Assembly (NCBI RefSeq): GCF_000018105.1
Contig: NC_009933.1
Location: 30,001-62,000, forward strand
From: Acaryochloris marina MBIC11017
Lineage (GTDB): Bacteria; Cyanobacteriota; Cyanobacteriia; Thermosynechococcales; Thermosynechococcaceae
Direction of reading: 5' to 3'
DNA: 32,000 nt
The notes below the pieces were generated by a model that saw only the letters and a program-made list of their open reading frames with translations, was not told the origin of the DNA and did no database searches. This document shows, one piece after another, positions 1 to 8,779 of this stretch. The first letter of the stretch is position 1. Every line of letters starts with the position of its first letter. Both the position numbers and the translations under genes were made by a program.

Positions 1-44
1 TCCCACACCACACATACCCACTCGCTACACAGGGGCTAAATACC

Positions 45-422
45 ATGATTACCGCTGAAGATCTTCAGGCTGAACTCGCGCATTGTCATTGCAGTGAATC
101 TCACTATCAGCATTGGCTGGGCATCCGATACACAGAAGGCGTCAAAACACTCGCAGAGAAAGGGGAATGTTTCTGGCTCCTCGACGCGATCGCAAGTTAT
201 CAACGGGTGCGACTCATCAAGTGCAATCCCAACCTCCAAGAATTCCAGCTTTGGTTGCTGACCGTAAACGACGGCCATAGCGCTGTCTTAGCCTGCTACG
301 AAGACAGCCCCAGCACTTGTAGCCCTGTCATTACCCAAGATATTCCTTTCACTGATTTCGTCCTGCCAGAAATCAAGCTGTATGTGGAATACGGCGTTGT
401 GCTGCTGCCGTCAGAGCATTAA
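45..422 (+). CDS. hypothetical protein, DUF6876-like (mobile-element associated)
   Basis: ATG-initiated 125-aa ORF. The core ...HYQHWLGIRYTEGVKTLAEKGECFWLLDAIASYQ... resembles the conserved core I recall for DUF6876 proteins of plasmids/ICEs. The family call is from memory only. Confidence 0.55.
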   Translation: MITAEDLQAELAHCHCSESHYQHWLGIRYTEGVKTLAEKGECFWLLDAIASYQRVRLIKCNPNLQEFQLWLLTVNDGHSAVLACYEDSPSTCSPVITQDIPFTDFVLPEIKLYVEYGVVLLPSEH

Positions 423-487
423 TCTCCCTGGCCTGGGTGGTGCCTAACCACCCGCCGCTACATTCCAACTTCAACGAGATTTCAACA

Positions 488-1471
488 ATGAACCCTAAAG
501 ACTATGATCGGACGATCATCATGTTCTCTGGTGGCAAAGATTCTTTGGCCTGCATCCTCTGGGCCATCGAGAACAACTGCCCCAAAATTGAGCTTTGGCA
601 TCACCTTGTAGACGGGTTGCCCGTGCAAGGCCAGACCGCTTCCACCCTAATGGATTGGCCGATCACATCAGGCTACTGCAAGGCTGTGGCCCGTTTGCTT
701 TCTCTCCCAATATATTTTTCTTGGCTGGAAGGTGGTTTTGAGCGTGAGATGAATCGCTCCAACCAAGCCAAAGCAAAAACTTGGTTTGAAACGCCTGATG
801 GACTGCACTCTGCTGGGGGCAATGGTGGTAAGCAATCTACTCGCCAGAAATTTCCTCAAATCTCCGCTGATTTAAGCGTCCGTTGGTGTTCGGCATATCT
901 CAAGGTTGATGTCGGTGCGATCGCAATCCGAAACCAATCCCGATTCAACGATTCCAAAACTTTGGTGATTACTGGGGAACGGGCCGAGGAATCACCCGCA
1001 CGAGCCAATTATGCAGAGTTTGAGCCAGACCGCACAGACAACCGTGATGGTAAATCCAATCGCCATGTGGATCGATTTCGCCCGATCCATGGCTGGAAGG
1101 AATCGGAGGTCTGGGCCATCATCCAACGACATGGCATCATCCCCCATCCTGCCTATCATCTCGGCTGGGGCCGATTGTCCTGTATGAGCTGCATCTTTGG
1201 TAGTCCTAACCAGTGGGCGACCATTCGCAAGATTGCGCCAGCGCATTTTGAGCGGATTGCCAACTATGAGCAGAGATTTTGCACCACGATTCAACGCAAG
1301 CGTTCAGTGCATGAGCTGGCTAATCTGGGCACACCTTACGCCGAAGCCAATAATAGCCAACTCGTGAAAATGGCTCTCTCTAGTGAGTGGGGGGATTATC
1401 CCATCTGGACCCATCCCCAAGCATGGGCTTTGCCTGCCGGGGCTTATGGCGAGAGCAATGGACCGACTTAA
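488..1471 (+). CDS. phosphoadenosine phosphosulfate (PAPS) reductase-like / PP-loop ATP pyrophosphatase family protein
   Basis: PP-loop motif FSGGKDSLA sits near the N-terminus and a Cys pair (SCMSC) in the C-terminal half. I prefer ATG 488 (MNPKDY...) to the GTG at 437 used in the ORF track. Confidence 0.8.
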   Translation: MNPKDYDRTIIMFSGGKDSLACILWAIENNCPKIELWHHLVDGLPVQGQTASTLMDWPITSGYCKAVARLLSLPIYFSWLEGGFEREMNRSNQAKAKTWFETPDGLHSAGGNGGKQSTRQKFPQISADLSVRWCSAYLKVDVGAIAIRNQSRFNDSKTLVITGERAEESPARANYAEFEPDRTDNRDGKSNRHVDRFRPIHGWKESEVWAIIQRHGIIPHPAYHLGWGRLSCMSCIFGSPNQWATIRKIAPAHFERIANYEQRFCTTIQRKRSVHELANLGTPYAEANNSQLVKMALSSEWGDYPIWTHPQAWALPAGAYGESNGPT

Positions 1472-1578
1472 AGGGCAGCTTTGAACGCTTACACAATTCT
1501 CTATTGCCTGATCGGGCAATCCATCTATTTCTCACTCTTTCTCTATTTCTTCATCCCATTCGCTTCAGAGGGCCAATC

Positions 1579-1908
1579 ATGAACAAACCAACCACGCGAT
1601 ACCAACTCATTCCACGAGTCCAGTTCACCACAACGATTGAACTCCACGACCAGCAGACGGCAATCCTTAACCGCCTGGTGCTGAGTAGCAAAGATTTGAC
1701 CGATGACGAAGCTCTAGACCTGTGGCTGTCAATTAACCCCTATGTCCACACCTTCCAACATTCCACCCCCAGAGATATCTTTTCTTCTTTGAGATATGCA
1801 GCCCTCGCTGCTCTACCAAATAATCCCAAGCCTTCTTACCCCGTGGAGCTACTGAACTCAGTTCGTTCAGAGATTGAGGCCGATGGTCAGGACTTCATTT
1901 GCTGCTAA
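1579..1908 (+). CDS. hypothetical protein
   Basis: This is the ATG-initiated part (MNKPTTRYQ...) of the 1387..1908 ORF. The upstream part overlaps the previous gene. No recognisable domain. Confidence 0.45.
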   Translation: MNKPTTRYQLIPRVQFTTTIELHDQQTAILNRLVLSSKDLTDDEALDLWLSINPYVHTFQHSTPRDIFSSLRYAALAALPNNPKPSYPVELLNSVRSEIEADGQDFICC

Positions 1909-1930
1909 GGGTCAATCTGCCTACGTTTCT

Positions 1931-2230
1931 TATAGAACCCATTTGAGATCTTTTTATGATGTCGTCAATCCTCTAAAGCCCAGCTAGGAAAGGCATGGAA
2001 ACAATTTAGCTTTGGCCTAGATTTAGGGCTCGTTGAAAAACTCTTTTATCTTTCTCTACCATCGTTAGAACCCTGAATCCCCCTTCACCGTGGATGATTT
2101 TCGACGATTGGTCTATTTGATTTGAGGTAACGGCAGTTTTATTAAGGGTCATCCTAAATCCTTGGAGTTGTTGCTGTAAAAGGTTCTTAGGCTACAACGA
2201 AAATCACTAAGATCTCAAATGGGTTCTATA
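1931..2230. mobile_element. MITE copy A, 300 bp with 22-bp perfect terminal inverted repeats
   Basis: The element starts TATAGAACCCATTTGAGATCTT and ends AAGATCTCAAATGGGTTCTATA, which is the exact reverse complement. It has no ORF. Copy B at 10018..10317 is 299/300 identical in the same orientation, the only difference being A2156 vs G10243. Both copies read TA-TAGAACCC...GGGTTCTA-TA, which is compatible with a TA target duplication. Confidence 0.85.
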
Positions 2231-2265
2231 ACCACTCAAACCTCATTCACTTTTTGGAGAAAATC

Positions 2266-2904
2266 ATGACCGCCACTCTAGACAACAACGCCACTCGCAA
2301 CGCTCTAACCAAAGCCATCAAAGAGCATATCGATCCTGCTAAGCCTGAGAAGGTCAACATCAAAAAATACATCGTCAAACAGTACAAACCTGATGACCCC
2401 ACAGGACAAGACAAGCTGGCTAAGTTTGCCTGGGAATTACACCATGGCAATCGCAATCTGCGCAACCGGGATCATGTCCTTGAACTCTTCGGATTGCTAA
2501 CCCTGGAAGCGACGGGACTAGAACAGCGAAAAACCAATAAGGCCAAATGCTCTCCCCTGAAAGAGGCTGTATTCAAAGTGCTTAAACAGGTTGCAGGCCA
2601 AGACATTTTAATGATCGTTGCCCTGAATGAACTGATGGATCAACTCACGGTCACTCGCATCAATAGCTGGGAGACCTTCTTTAAGCAACTGGCTATTAAG
2701 CGAACTGAACTCGAATCTCTGGCTGATACCGTGTATGAACTCTCGGGGGTTTCTCCTGGTGCGGTTGAAGACCTCGACGCTGTGATTGTGCCCCTCTACA
2801 ACGAGGCGAAAGGCCAAGACATTAAAGCCATTAACTGGGAACGCCGCTCTTGGTGGGACTGGGCACATACCCATTTACTTGAGCGGGTTAGCAAAGCAGC
2901 TTAA
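2266..2904 (+). CDS. hypothetical protein
   Basis: 212-aa ORF. ATG 2266 is preceded by GGAGAAAATC (SD-like). No recognisable domain. Confidence 0.6.
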   Translation: MTATLDNNATRNALTKAIKEHIDPAKPEKVNIKKYIVKQYKPDDPTGQDKLAKFAWELHHGNRNLRNRDHVLELFGLLTLEATGLEQRKTNKAKCSPLKEAVFKVLKQVAGQDILMIVALNELMDQLTVTRINSWETFFKQLAIKRTELESLADTVYELSGVSPGAVEDLDAVIVPLYNEAKGQDIKAINWERRSWWDWAHTHLLERVSKAA

Positions 2905-3002
2905 TCCTCTCCCCCTGTATGTACCTGGGTCAGCCCTGTGGCGATATCCCCCCAACCATCGGGGCTGGCTTTTCCTTATTCCTATTCCCTTGGAGAAATC
3001 CC

Positions 3003-3383
3003 ATGCAAGCTCATCACCTTAACTTGGCAGAATTTCTGCTCAACCCGCCTACGGTTAACTTGGCCTATTCTCCGGTGGCCGTTATGACGGTAGCGACGGC
3101 AAAAAACTTGATGCAATCCCAGGAATTATTACTCAGTGGTGCCCAGAAACTGTTTAATCCAGCAGTCTGGCCCCAGCTAGAACCAGAGATTGAGCGGATT
3201 CCTTTTGACCGACAGAAAGCCCAATGCTTCCGTGATTGTGTCGCCTATCTGATGGCTGAGGCGACGACGCTGAGGTCGGAGCGGCGACATGTCGATGCCC
3301 TCAAACATATGGAGGCGGCGTTGATGCTGGAGGCACTGACCCATAGCGGTTATGACGAGGGGCCATTTGTTTCAGAACAGTAA
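3003..3383 (+). CDS. hypothetical protein
   Basis: ATG 3003 is preceded by GGAGAAATCCC. This is the internal start of the 2919..3383 ORF, and using it avoids overlap with the previous gene. Confidence 0.5.
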   Translation: MQAHHLNLAEFLLNPPTVNLAYSPVAVMTVATAKNLMQSQELLLSGAQKLFNPAVWPQLEPEIERIPFDRQKAQCFRDCVAYLMAEATTLRSERRHVDALKHMEAALMLEALTHSGYDEGPFVSEQ

Positions 3384-3456
3384 AAGGCATCGCCAAATTC
3401 GGGACAAGTCAAACGATGCCTTTCATTGAACGAACCATTCAACGAGGTTATTCAAA

Positions 3457-3789
3457 ATGAATCATACAACTCTTCCCCGACTAGTTATCGACAGCATTGA
3501 TCTGCCTTACTATGAACTCCACACTAGATCCACTGCTGATAATGACCGCAAGCTCAATGTGTTCTTCGGCAGTCGGCTGATCGGGTATGTCTACATCAAC
3601 TTTATCCAGGGCCAATCCAATTACGTCGGCACCACTCTCCGACATCAGTCCTTCGGCCCCTTCTCTCGCAGGATGGAAGCGGCTGAAGCAGTCCTAGAAG
3701 CGTTCAATGCAGGACTCACGGATGAGCAACGGTTGAGGGTCGCTCTTGCTCATGAGATGGCCGAGAACTTGACCGTCATTGCTTGCTAA
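3457..3789 (+). CDS. hypothetical protein
   Basis: 110-aa ATG ORF, co-oriented and closely spaced with its neighbours. No domain recognised. Confidence 0.5.
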   Translation: MNHTTLPRLVIDSIDLPYYELHTRSTADNDRKLNVFFGSRLIGYVYINFIQGQSNYVGTTLRHQSFGPFSRRMEAAEAVLEAFNAGLTDEQRLRVALAHEMAENLTVIAC

Positions 3790-3821
3790 TTCGTAACTGC
3801 TAGAGATTTGGAGTATTCATC

Positions 3822-4232
3822 ATGCCTACTATCCACATTGCCAATCTGAGAAAGTCCCGGCAGCTTCAACCCGGTGTTCGATGTGATCGGGGGACTCCTT
3901 TGGGCAATCCTTTTCATATGTTCGCTGAATCAGAGCGAGATCGCTGCATTGCGGCTTTCCGAGTCTTCTTGTATGAGGTTGCCATTCTTGGAAATGAACC
4001 TAGCCAAGACTTGATTCGCAGGATTGCTGAGCAGCACAAGATTATGCCCAGCGGTAGTTATAAACCATTCGGTCGAGGTGCAATGATGGCGGTGCTGGAG
4101 GCTCTGGGTCAGAAGTCTGAAGTAACGTTGCTGTGCTGGTGTCATCCCAAGCCCTGTCACTGTGATGTGATCAAGGCTTTCCTTGAATGGAAGTGCCCAG
4201 CCCCCCAGCAACAAACATTGGAGGTTCTGTGA
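3822..4232 (+). CDS. DUF4326-like protein
   Basis: The motifs ...CDRGTPLGNPF... and ...LLCWCHPKPCHCDVI... match the pattern I recall for DUF4326 proteins of phages and plasmids. The stop overlaps the next start (TGATG). Confidence 0.65.
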   Translation: MPTIHIANLRKSRQLQPGVRCDRGTPLGNPFHMFAESERDRCIAAFRVFLYEVAILGNEPSQDLIRRIAEQHKIMPSGSYKPFGRGAMMAVLEALGQKSEVTLLCWCHPKPCHCDVIKAFLEWKCPAPQQQTLEVL

Positions 4233-4618
4233 TGCCGATGATCCGGGAACGTTACCCCGATAACTGGGACGAGATTGCGTTGCAGGTCAAGGAAGCGGCC
4301 AACTGGTGCTGTACCGAGTGCGGTAAACCTTGTCGCAAACCGGGTGTTGAGTGGTTGCACTTCGCTTTCTGGCTGATGATTATCCACCCTGAATGGTTCC
4401 CGAACACTTCAGAGGGAGAGGAACAGAAGCCTCAGCGATTCACCCTCACGGTGGCCCACCTTGACCAAGATCCTCAGAACAATCACCCAGACAATCTCAA
4501 GGCCCTGTGTGCGCCCTGCCACTTGAAATTTGATGCGCCGTTCCGAAAAGCCAATGCGTACACAAAGCAGGAATGGTTTGGGCAGTTAACTTTAGATGGA
4601 TTGAGAAACGAAGAGTAA
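4232..4618 (+). CDS. HNH endonuclease
   Basis: The protein has CxxC (CCTECGKPC), AHLDQDPQNNHPDNL (His-Asn core) and CAPCH, which together make an HNH/zinc-finger nuclease signature. GGAGG lies 8 nt upstream. ATG 4232 overlaps the DUF4326-like stop codon. Confidence 0.75.
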   Translation: MPMIRERYPDNWDEIALQVKEAANWCCTECGKPCRKPGVEWLHFAFWLMIIHPEWFPNTSEGEEQKPQRFTLTVAHLDQDPQNNHPDNLKALCAPCHLKFDAPFRKANAYTKQEWFGQLTLDGLRNEE

Positions 4619-4650
4619 AAGGGCATATTGGAGTGCTGATATACCTGAAC

Positions 4651-4968
4651 TTAAGAATCAAACTTCATCCAGCCAAGACATAGCTTTTTCATACAATTCC
4701 CCCAAACTAGCAAGCCAATACCCATCCACTCGACTTTTTTGCCATCAATAGAACCACCATCTCTAAGGTTAATACCGGCATTCCAATCAATCGCTAACTC
4801 TTCACGCATTTCATCAGTGACCATTTCATGATCAATGAATTCTTGAGCCATACAATCACACATTTCTGAGGCCATCGATTCACTCATGAATTTTAATGAG
4901 TGATCCATACAGGATTGGGATAATTTCGACTTCATTGATGGATCGTCGGAAAATGATGATTCATTCAT
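4651..4968 (-). CDS. hypothetical protein (weak)
   Basis: 105-aa ATG ORF, Met/Cys/acidic-rich, with no homology recognised. It lies directly 3' of the nuclease gene fragment. Confidence 0.3.
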   Translation of the reverse strand: MNESSFSDDPSMKSKLSQSCMDHSLKFMSESMASEMCDCMAQEFIDHEMVTDEMREELAIDWNAGINLRDGGSIDGKKVEWMGIGLLVWGNCMKKLCLGWMKFDS

Positions 4969-4994
4969 TTCATTCTTAAGAATGCAGCAAGGGT

Positions 4995-5235
4995 TTAGAT
5001 CCCAAAAACTAACTGAACCTGTCGCCCCTCCCTAGCCCCTTCCGGTAGAGGTTCTGGTTTCTCCGTCTTGGCGGGACAGTAACGCTGATACCCACAGCGA
5101 TCGCAATGTTGTCCCACCTCCGGTTCCCCTTCTTGATCCACCCTGAGCTTCCCTGCTAAGTCCCCAATCAGCTCCTGACCCCGCTAGCGATGCGGTGAAG
5201 TGACTTCAAACGTGATTTTTGGGCCATATCACAAA
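4995..5235 (-). pseudogene. 3'-terminal fragment of a PD-(D/E)XK (Cas4-like) nuclease gene, paralogous to 8780..9568
   Basis: The - strand reads ...PKITFEVTSPHR*RGQELIGDLAGKLRVDQEGEPEVGQHCDRCGYQRYCPAKTEKPEPLPEGAREGRQVQLVFGI*. The intact gene ends ...KLIYEVTPDHHQQAQSLIEDMAMKLRCDQEWKPVAGQHCDRCGYQKYCPAKNTRPEPLPQEAKEVTQVQLALGL*. The fragment has an in-frame TAG and no N-terminal ~190 codons. Confidence 0.8.
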
Positions 5236-5485
5236 TAAATCAGACTCAATCTTCGAAGGTCCTGGTAATTAGCTCTAAAACCTAAGATCACCCTCTAAAT
5301 CACCGATTATCACGCCTAGCTTGTGATCCAGCTTAGAGAAAATCTTTGACAGAGCCGATAGTTTACTTACAGAGAGAAAAACAAATCCAAAACAAGCAAT
5401 CTAATTCATTAGAAAGTTTGAAATGATTCTCTCTTATCAGTACCGATCAACGTTCATTTTCTTATCAATTGCAGGATAATCCATC

Positions 5486-5797
5486 ATGCTAAAGCCAATC
5501 AAAGTAACGCTGCTAGGCATTATGGCAGCAACGACAGCAACAATTGCCATCCCCCAAGCAAACGCTTACTCTTCTTTGGTTGGGCAACAGTCTGAAGCCA
5601 TAGAGCAGAATGATAGTTCACTCGTTGCCTCTCATCGCCGTTTCCGCAGAGGTCGTAGAGTTCGACGAATTCGCTGGCGCAGAAAGTGGGTTTGCTATCG
5701 ACGCCCCCATGTGTTCTATCGTCATGGACGTAAAATCGTGAAGTTCAAGCGTCATTGCTTCTGGAAAAAGTATCGCCATTCTGGCCATCATTTCTAA
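5486..5797 (+). CDS. small secreted, extremely Arg/Lys/His-rich protein
   Basis: The N-terminus looks like a signal peptide (MLKPIKVTLLGIMAATTATIAIPQANA|YSS). The C-terminal ~55 aa is RRFRRGRRVRRIRWRRKWVCYRRPHVFYRHGRKIVKFKRHCFWKKYRHSGHHF, with 2 Cys. Confidence 0.5.
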   Translation: MLKPIKVTLLGIMAATTATIAIPQANAYSSLVGQQSEAIEQNDSSLVASHRRFRRGRRVRRIRWRRKWVCYRRPHVFYRHGRKIVKFKRHCFWKKYRHSGHHF

Positions 5798-6778
5798 GTA
5801 GATACGGACTGAATTTACACCTTAGCTACGATTAACCCGCACTCCTCCCATATAGCGATCTGTGGACTGATCTAAAGGACTAACCCTGAAAGGGCAGTTC
5901 ATCGATTTTGGAGTGAAGATTTTGGATCGCTAGATTGAAGAAACAGGTGGCGGCTATGAACAGAACCAATCAGGACTTTAAAGAATTTCTATGGTCCTTC
6001 ATTTGAGTATTCGTTGCTATCCCCCAGTAAGATGAGCGCTCATCGGGTGATACCACTGCTCCAATCCCGTCTCATCCCCCACTACAGGATCAAAGAATGC
6101 ACGAATGACTGAAATTATCGTGTATTTGTGCCAGGGGAAACAGCATGTTTGCCACTCTAAATCGGACCGAGCTTGCCGAGGTGGCCGCAATATCCAACTG
6201 TAAGTCTTTGCAACATTGGACTTTAATGATCCTACAAATGAGGTGGTATGAGCCTTGGCTTTCAGTTGTGTTGAGCATTTGAGCTATTTCCCATCACCAC
6301 TGACGATTCATTACAGAAAGTTGGAGAAGTCATCGCCACACAACCATCAACAGTTTGTGGAGAATTTCTATGTTTAAAAACCCACCAGAACTCAATCTTG
6401 AGTACGGCATACTCTGTATAGGACTTCGAGCAGTGGTAAAACCTTTATTACTTTGAATTTTTTTACTGAACTTTCCACTGAATAAATCTGAACTTTTCAG
6501 GATTTTATCTGCCAAGAATATTGGCGATATTGAGGGCATCAAAGTTAAAGGAAACAAGCTAAACCATTAAATCTACTGGGTTACAGAGTTTACAACTTAG
6601 TTGTTGCCTCCTGGCAAACAACTCTTACCACCAAGCTTAGCCCTGACTTCAGTACTCAGTACTTACTCATCCAGATAACATTTCTGGTTTTCAAATGGCA
6701 GATGAGAAATGGTCTGCAAGCTTGTCATGCCTAATTTTTGATTTTTCACTCACATGTTGACTCAAATACTAAACTCCG

Positions 6779-7366
6779 ATGCTATTAGAAACATCTTCTT
6801 CAGCTCAAGAAATCATTGTCATCAATCTAGGCTTTGCATTTTGTGGTGGAGCAATAAAATACATTGATGATGCTTTTGATTCTAGTGATCATGGAAAAAC
6901 TTTAGCGATGATTTTTGCTCCAATTACAGGAGTTATATGTTATTTGCTCATAGCAACTGATATTGCAGCAGCGACAATTCTATTAGCTATTATGCTAGGA
7001 GTCGCCCTCAAAGGGAAAATCGATACAGTAGGTCATTTACTAGCATTAGCCATTGTTCTTTTACTTTTATATGTAAATCCTCCTGAAATCATGTTACTTC
7101 CCTGGCTAGTTTTAGGTCTCGCGGGTTTCGCTGATGAAATAGGGAACGATTTTGTTGACTCTCGGCCTAATCTCTTAAAAAGAGCTTCTTTTTGGAGTGG
7201 AACGAAATTCACCTACTTTTTTCTTGAATACCGTTGCTTCATGAAGGTGATGATGATAATTCTCTTCTTTATGAATATATTAAGCTGGCACTATTTAGTC
7301 GCTTTCCTGTTCTTTGATCTTGCATATCATCTTACGGGTACTTGGTCAGAACACTGGATAGCCTAA
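6779..7366 (+). CDS. polytopic membrane protein, unknown family
   Basis: 195-aa ORF with several long hydrophobic segments, in an AT-rich segment. Confidence 0.55.
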   Translation: MLLETSSSAQEIIVINLGFAFCGGAIKYIDDAFDSSDHGKTLAMIFAPITGVICYLLIATDIAAATILLAIMLGVALKGKIDTVGHLLALAIVLLLLYVNPPEIMLLPWLVLGLAGFADEIGNDFVDSRPNLLKRASFWSGTKFTYFFLEYRCFMKVMMIILFFMNILSWHYLVAFLFFDLAYHLTGTWSEHWIA

Positions 7367-7644
7367 GCCAATATTTACTTGGAACATATTTTGTTCCAGT
7401 AAAACTCTAAGTTATGCAATGAGAAGTAAGGACATCTAGAATACCTATTTCTCTAAATGTCCTTTAAAAAAACCGAAGCAACGTGATATTGCATAAAAGA
7501 CAATGACAACTATCAAAAAATTAGTTAATACATGAATAAAGACAACTGCAATAGTGAGCTATTAGTCATGCTCAACCATGAACTCTAAAGATAAGAATTT
7601 GGATTATAAATCTACTTTTTATATCACCAACCACATCATGCTTT

Positions 7645-8589
7645 ATGTCTAGAAATATAACGATTGAAGAGCAAGGTATAAGGTTAAGCATATTGGGCAA
7701 CTTCTTCATGGCAACCCTTGGCCTTTGTTTTGCTAGCTTATCCCACTCAGAAATGATTCTTCTAGATGGAGTATTTTCTTTAATTAATCTAGTTATTGCT
7801 TATCTATCTCTCAAGATATTAAGACGATCCAAACAGTCAAACGATTACTATAATTCTATTCCCCCAATTTATTTTGAACCATTGATAAACTTAGTAAAAG
7901 GCGTCATCTTAACTATTGTCTGCCTCTTAGCTTTTGGGTCTTCAGTAATTATTATCCTAAACGGTGGTCATGCTATATCTACAGGAAAAGCCATTTGGTA
8001 TGCACTATTGGCAACATTAGTCTGTATGACTATTGCGATCAAGCAAGGAAAAAGAGCAAACGCATGTAGTTCTTCACTCATTGAAGTAGATGCCAAAAGT
8101 TGGTTCATCGATGGTTTGTTGAGCGGAGTTGTAGTCTTAGTTTTTACAATTGTGTTTTTCTTGCAAAATACAACATTAGCAATATTCTTACCTTACGCTG
8201 ATCCTATTCTAGTTATTTTCTTGTGTTTAATAGTAGCTCCTATTCCTGTGGAGATTATAAAGGAGAACTGGCCTAAATTAGTAGGGGAAAAATATGATGT
8301 CCAGCTTGAATATAAAATCATTGATATTATAGACAAACATATTCCAAAGACAACAATACAAGACTACTATGTTAGTCATGGATACTTAGGTGATAAGCTT
8401 TACGTGCAATGTCATCTTTTAGTAATTGAAGAAATAAGTCAGAAGTTAAGTTTAGCCGAGCAGGATAAAATTCGTGCTTTTCTTTATCAGAAGCTAAGAG
8501 ATGACTTTCCTAGCCTAGCCATTGATATAAATTTCATATGTGATCCAATATGGGTTGAAAGAAGGATATTGCATGTGAGTAAAGCTTGA
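7645..8589 (+). CDS. cation-diffusion-facilitator-like membrane transporter (divergent)
   Basis: The layout is about six hydrophobic helices followed by a soluble ~90-aa C-terminal domain, as in CDF proteins. Helix 2 (SEMILLDGVFSLINL) and helix 5 (SWFIDGLLSG) keep only the Asp of the usual HxxxD metal sites. Confidence 0.55.
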   Translation: MSRNITIEEQGIRLSILGNFFMATLGLCFASLSHSEMILLDGVFSLINLVIAYLSLKILRRSKQSNDYYNSIPPIYFEPLINLVKGVILTIVCLLAFGSSVIIILNGGHAISTGKAIWYALLATLVCMTIAIKQGKRANACSSSLIEVDAKSWFIDGLLSGVVVLVFTIVFFLQNTTLAIFLPYADPILVIFLCLIVAPIPVEIIKENWPKLVGEKYDVQLEYKIIDIIDKHIPKTTIQDYYVSHGYLGDKLYVQCHLLVIEEISQKLSLAEQDKIRAFLYQKLRDDFPSLAIDINFICDPIWVERRILHVSKA

Positions 8590-8779
8590 CTGATCCAAAT
8601 ATCTTTATAATGAAGTTCTCTAGTATCTCATTGGATAAGTCAAGATATCTCGACCATGAAGCCGGCACACGATGTCCTGGTATCCACTGAATATGTTTCA
8701 TCAGAACCCAGCGTTATGCAACCGTGTCAGCAATAAGCATCTGAAACTGTTCGTACTGAAACTTATAAATTCAAAAAAA

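Noticed and set aside
437-1578. Upstream extensions of ORFs (GTG 437 for the PP-loop gene, 1387 for the following gene, TTG 2254, ATG 2919, 4187, 17573)
   Set aside because: The extensions overlap the preceding genes or lack SD-like sequences. Internal ATGs with GGAG-type motifs or a conserved N-terminus fit better. The coordinates remain uncertain by these amounts.
3384-3425. Hairpin AAGGCATCG / CGATGCCTT after the 3003..3383 ORF as a possible terminator
   Set aside because: The 9-bp stem is real, but the loop is 21 nt and only three T follow. That is too atypical to call an intrinsic terminator.
6090-6557. ORFs 6090..6278 and 6330..6557 (-), and a 45-codon + ORF at about 6145 (MFATLNRTELAEVAAISNCKSLQHW...) that faintly recalls a transposase HTH
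   Set aside because: They are short, have no convincing motif and lie in a non-coding-looking stretch. The HTH resemblance is too weak to call an IS remnant without a search.
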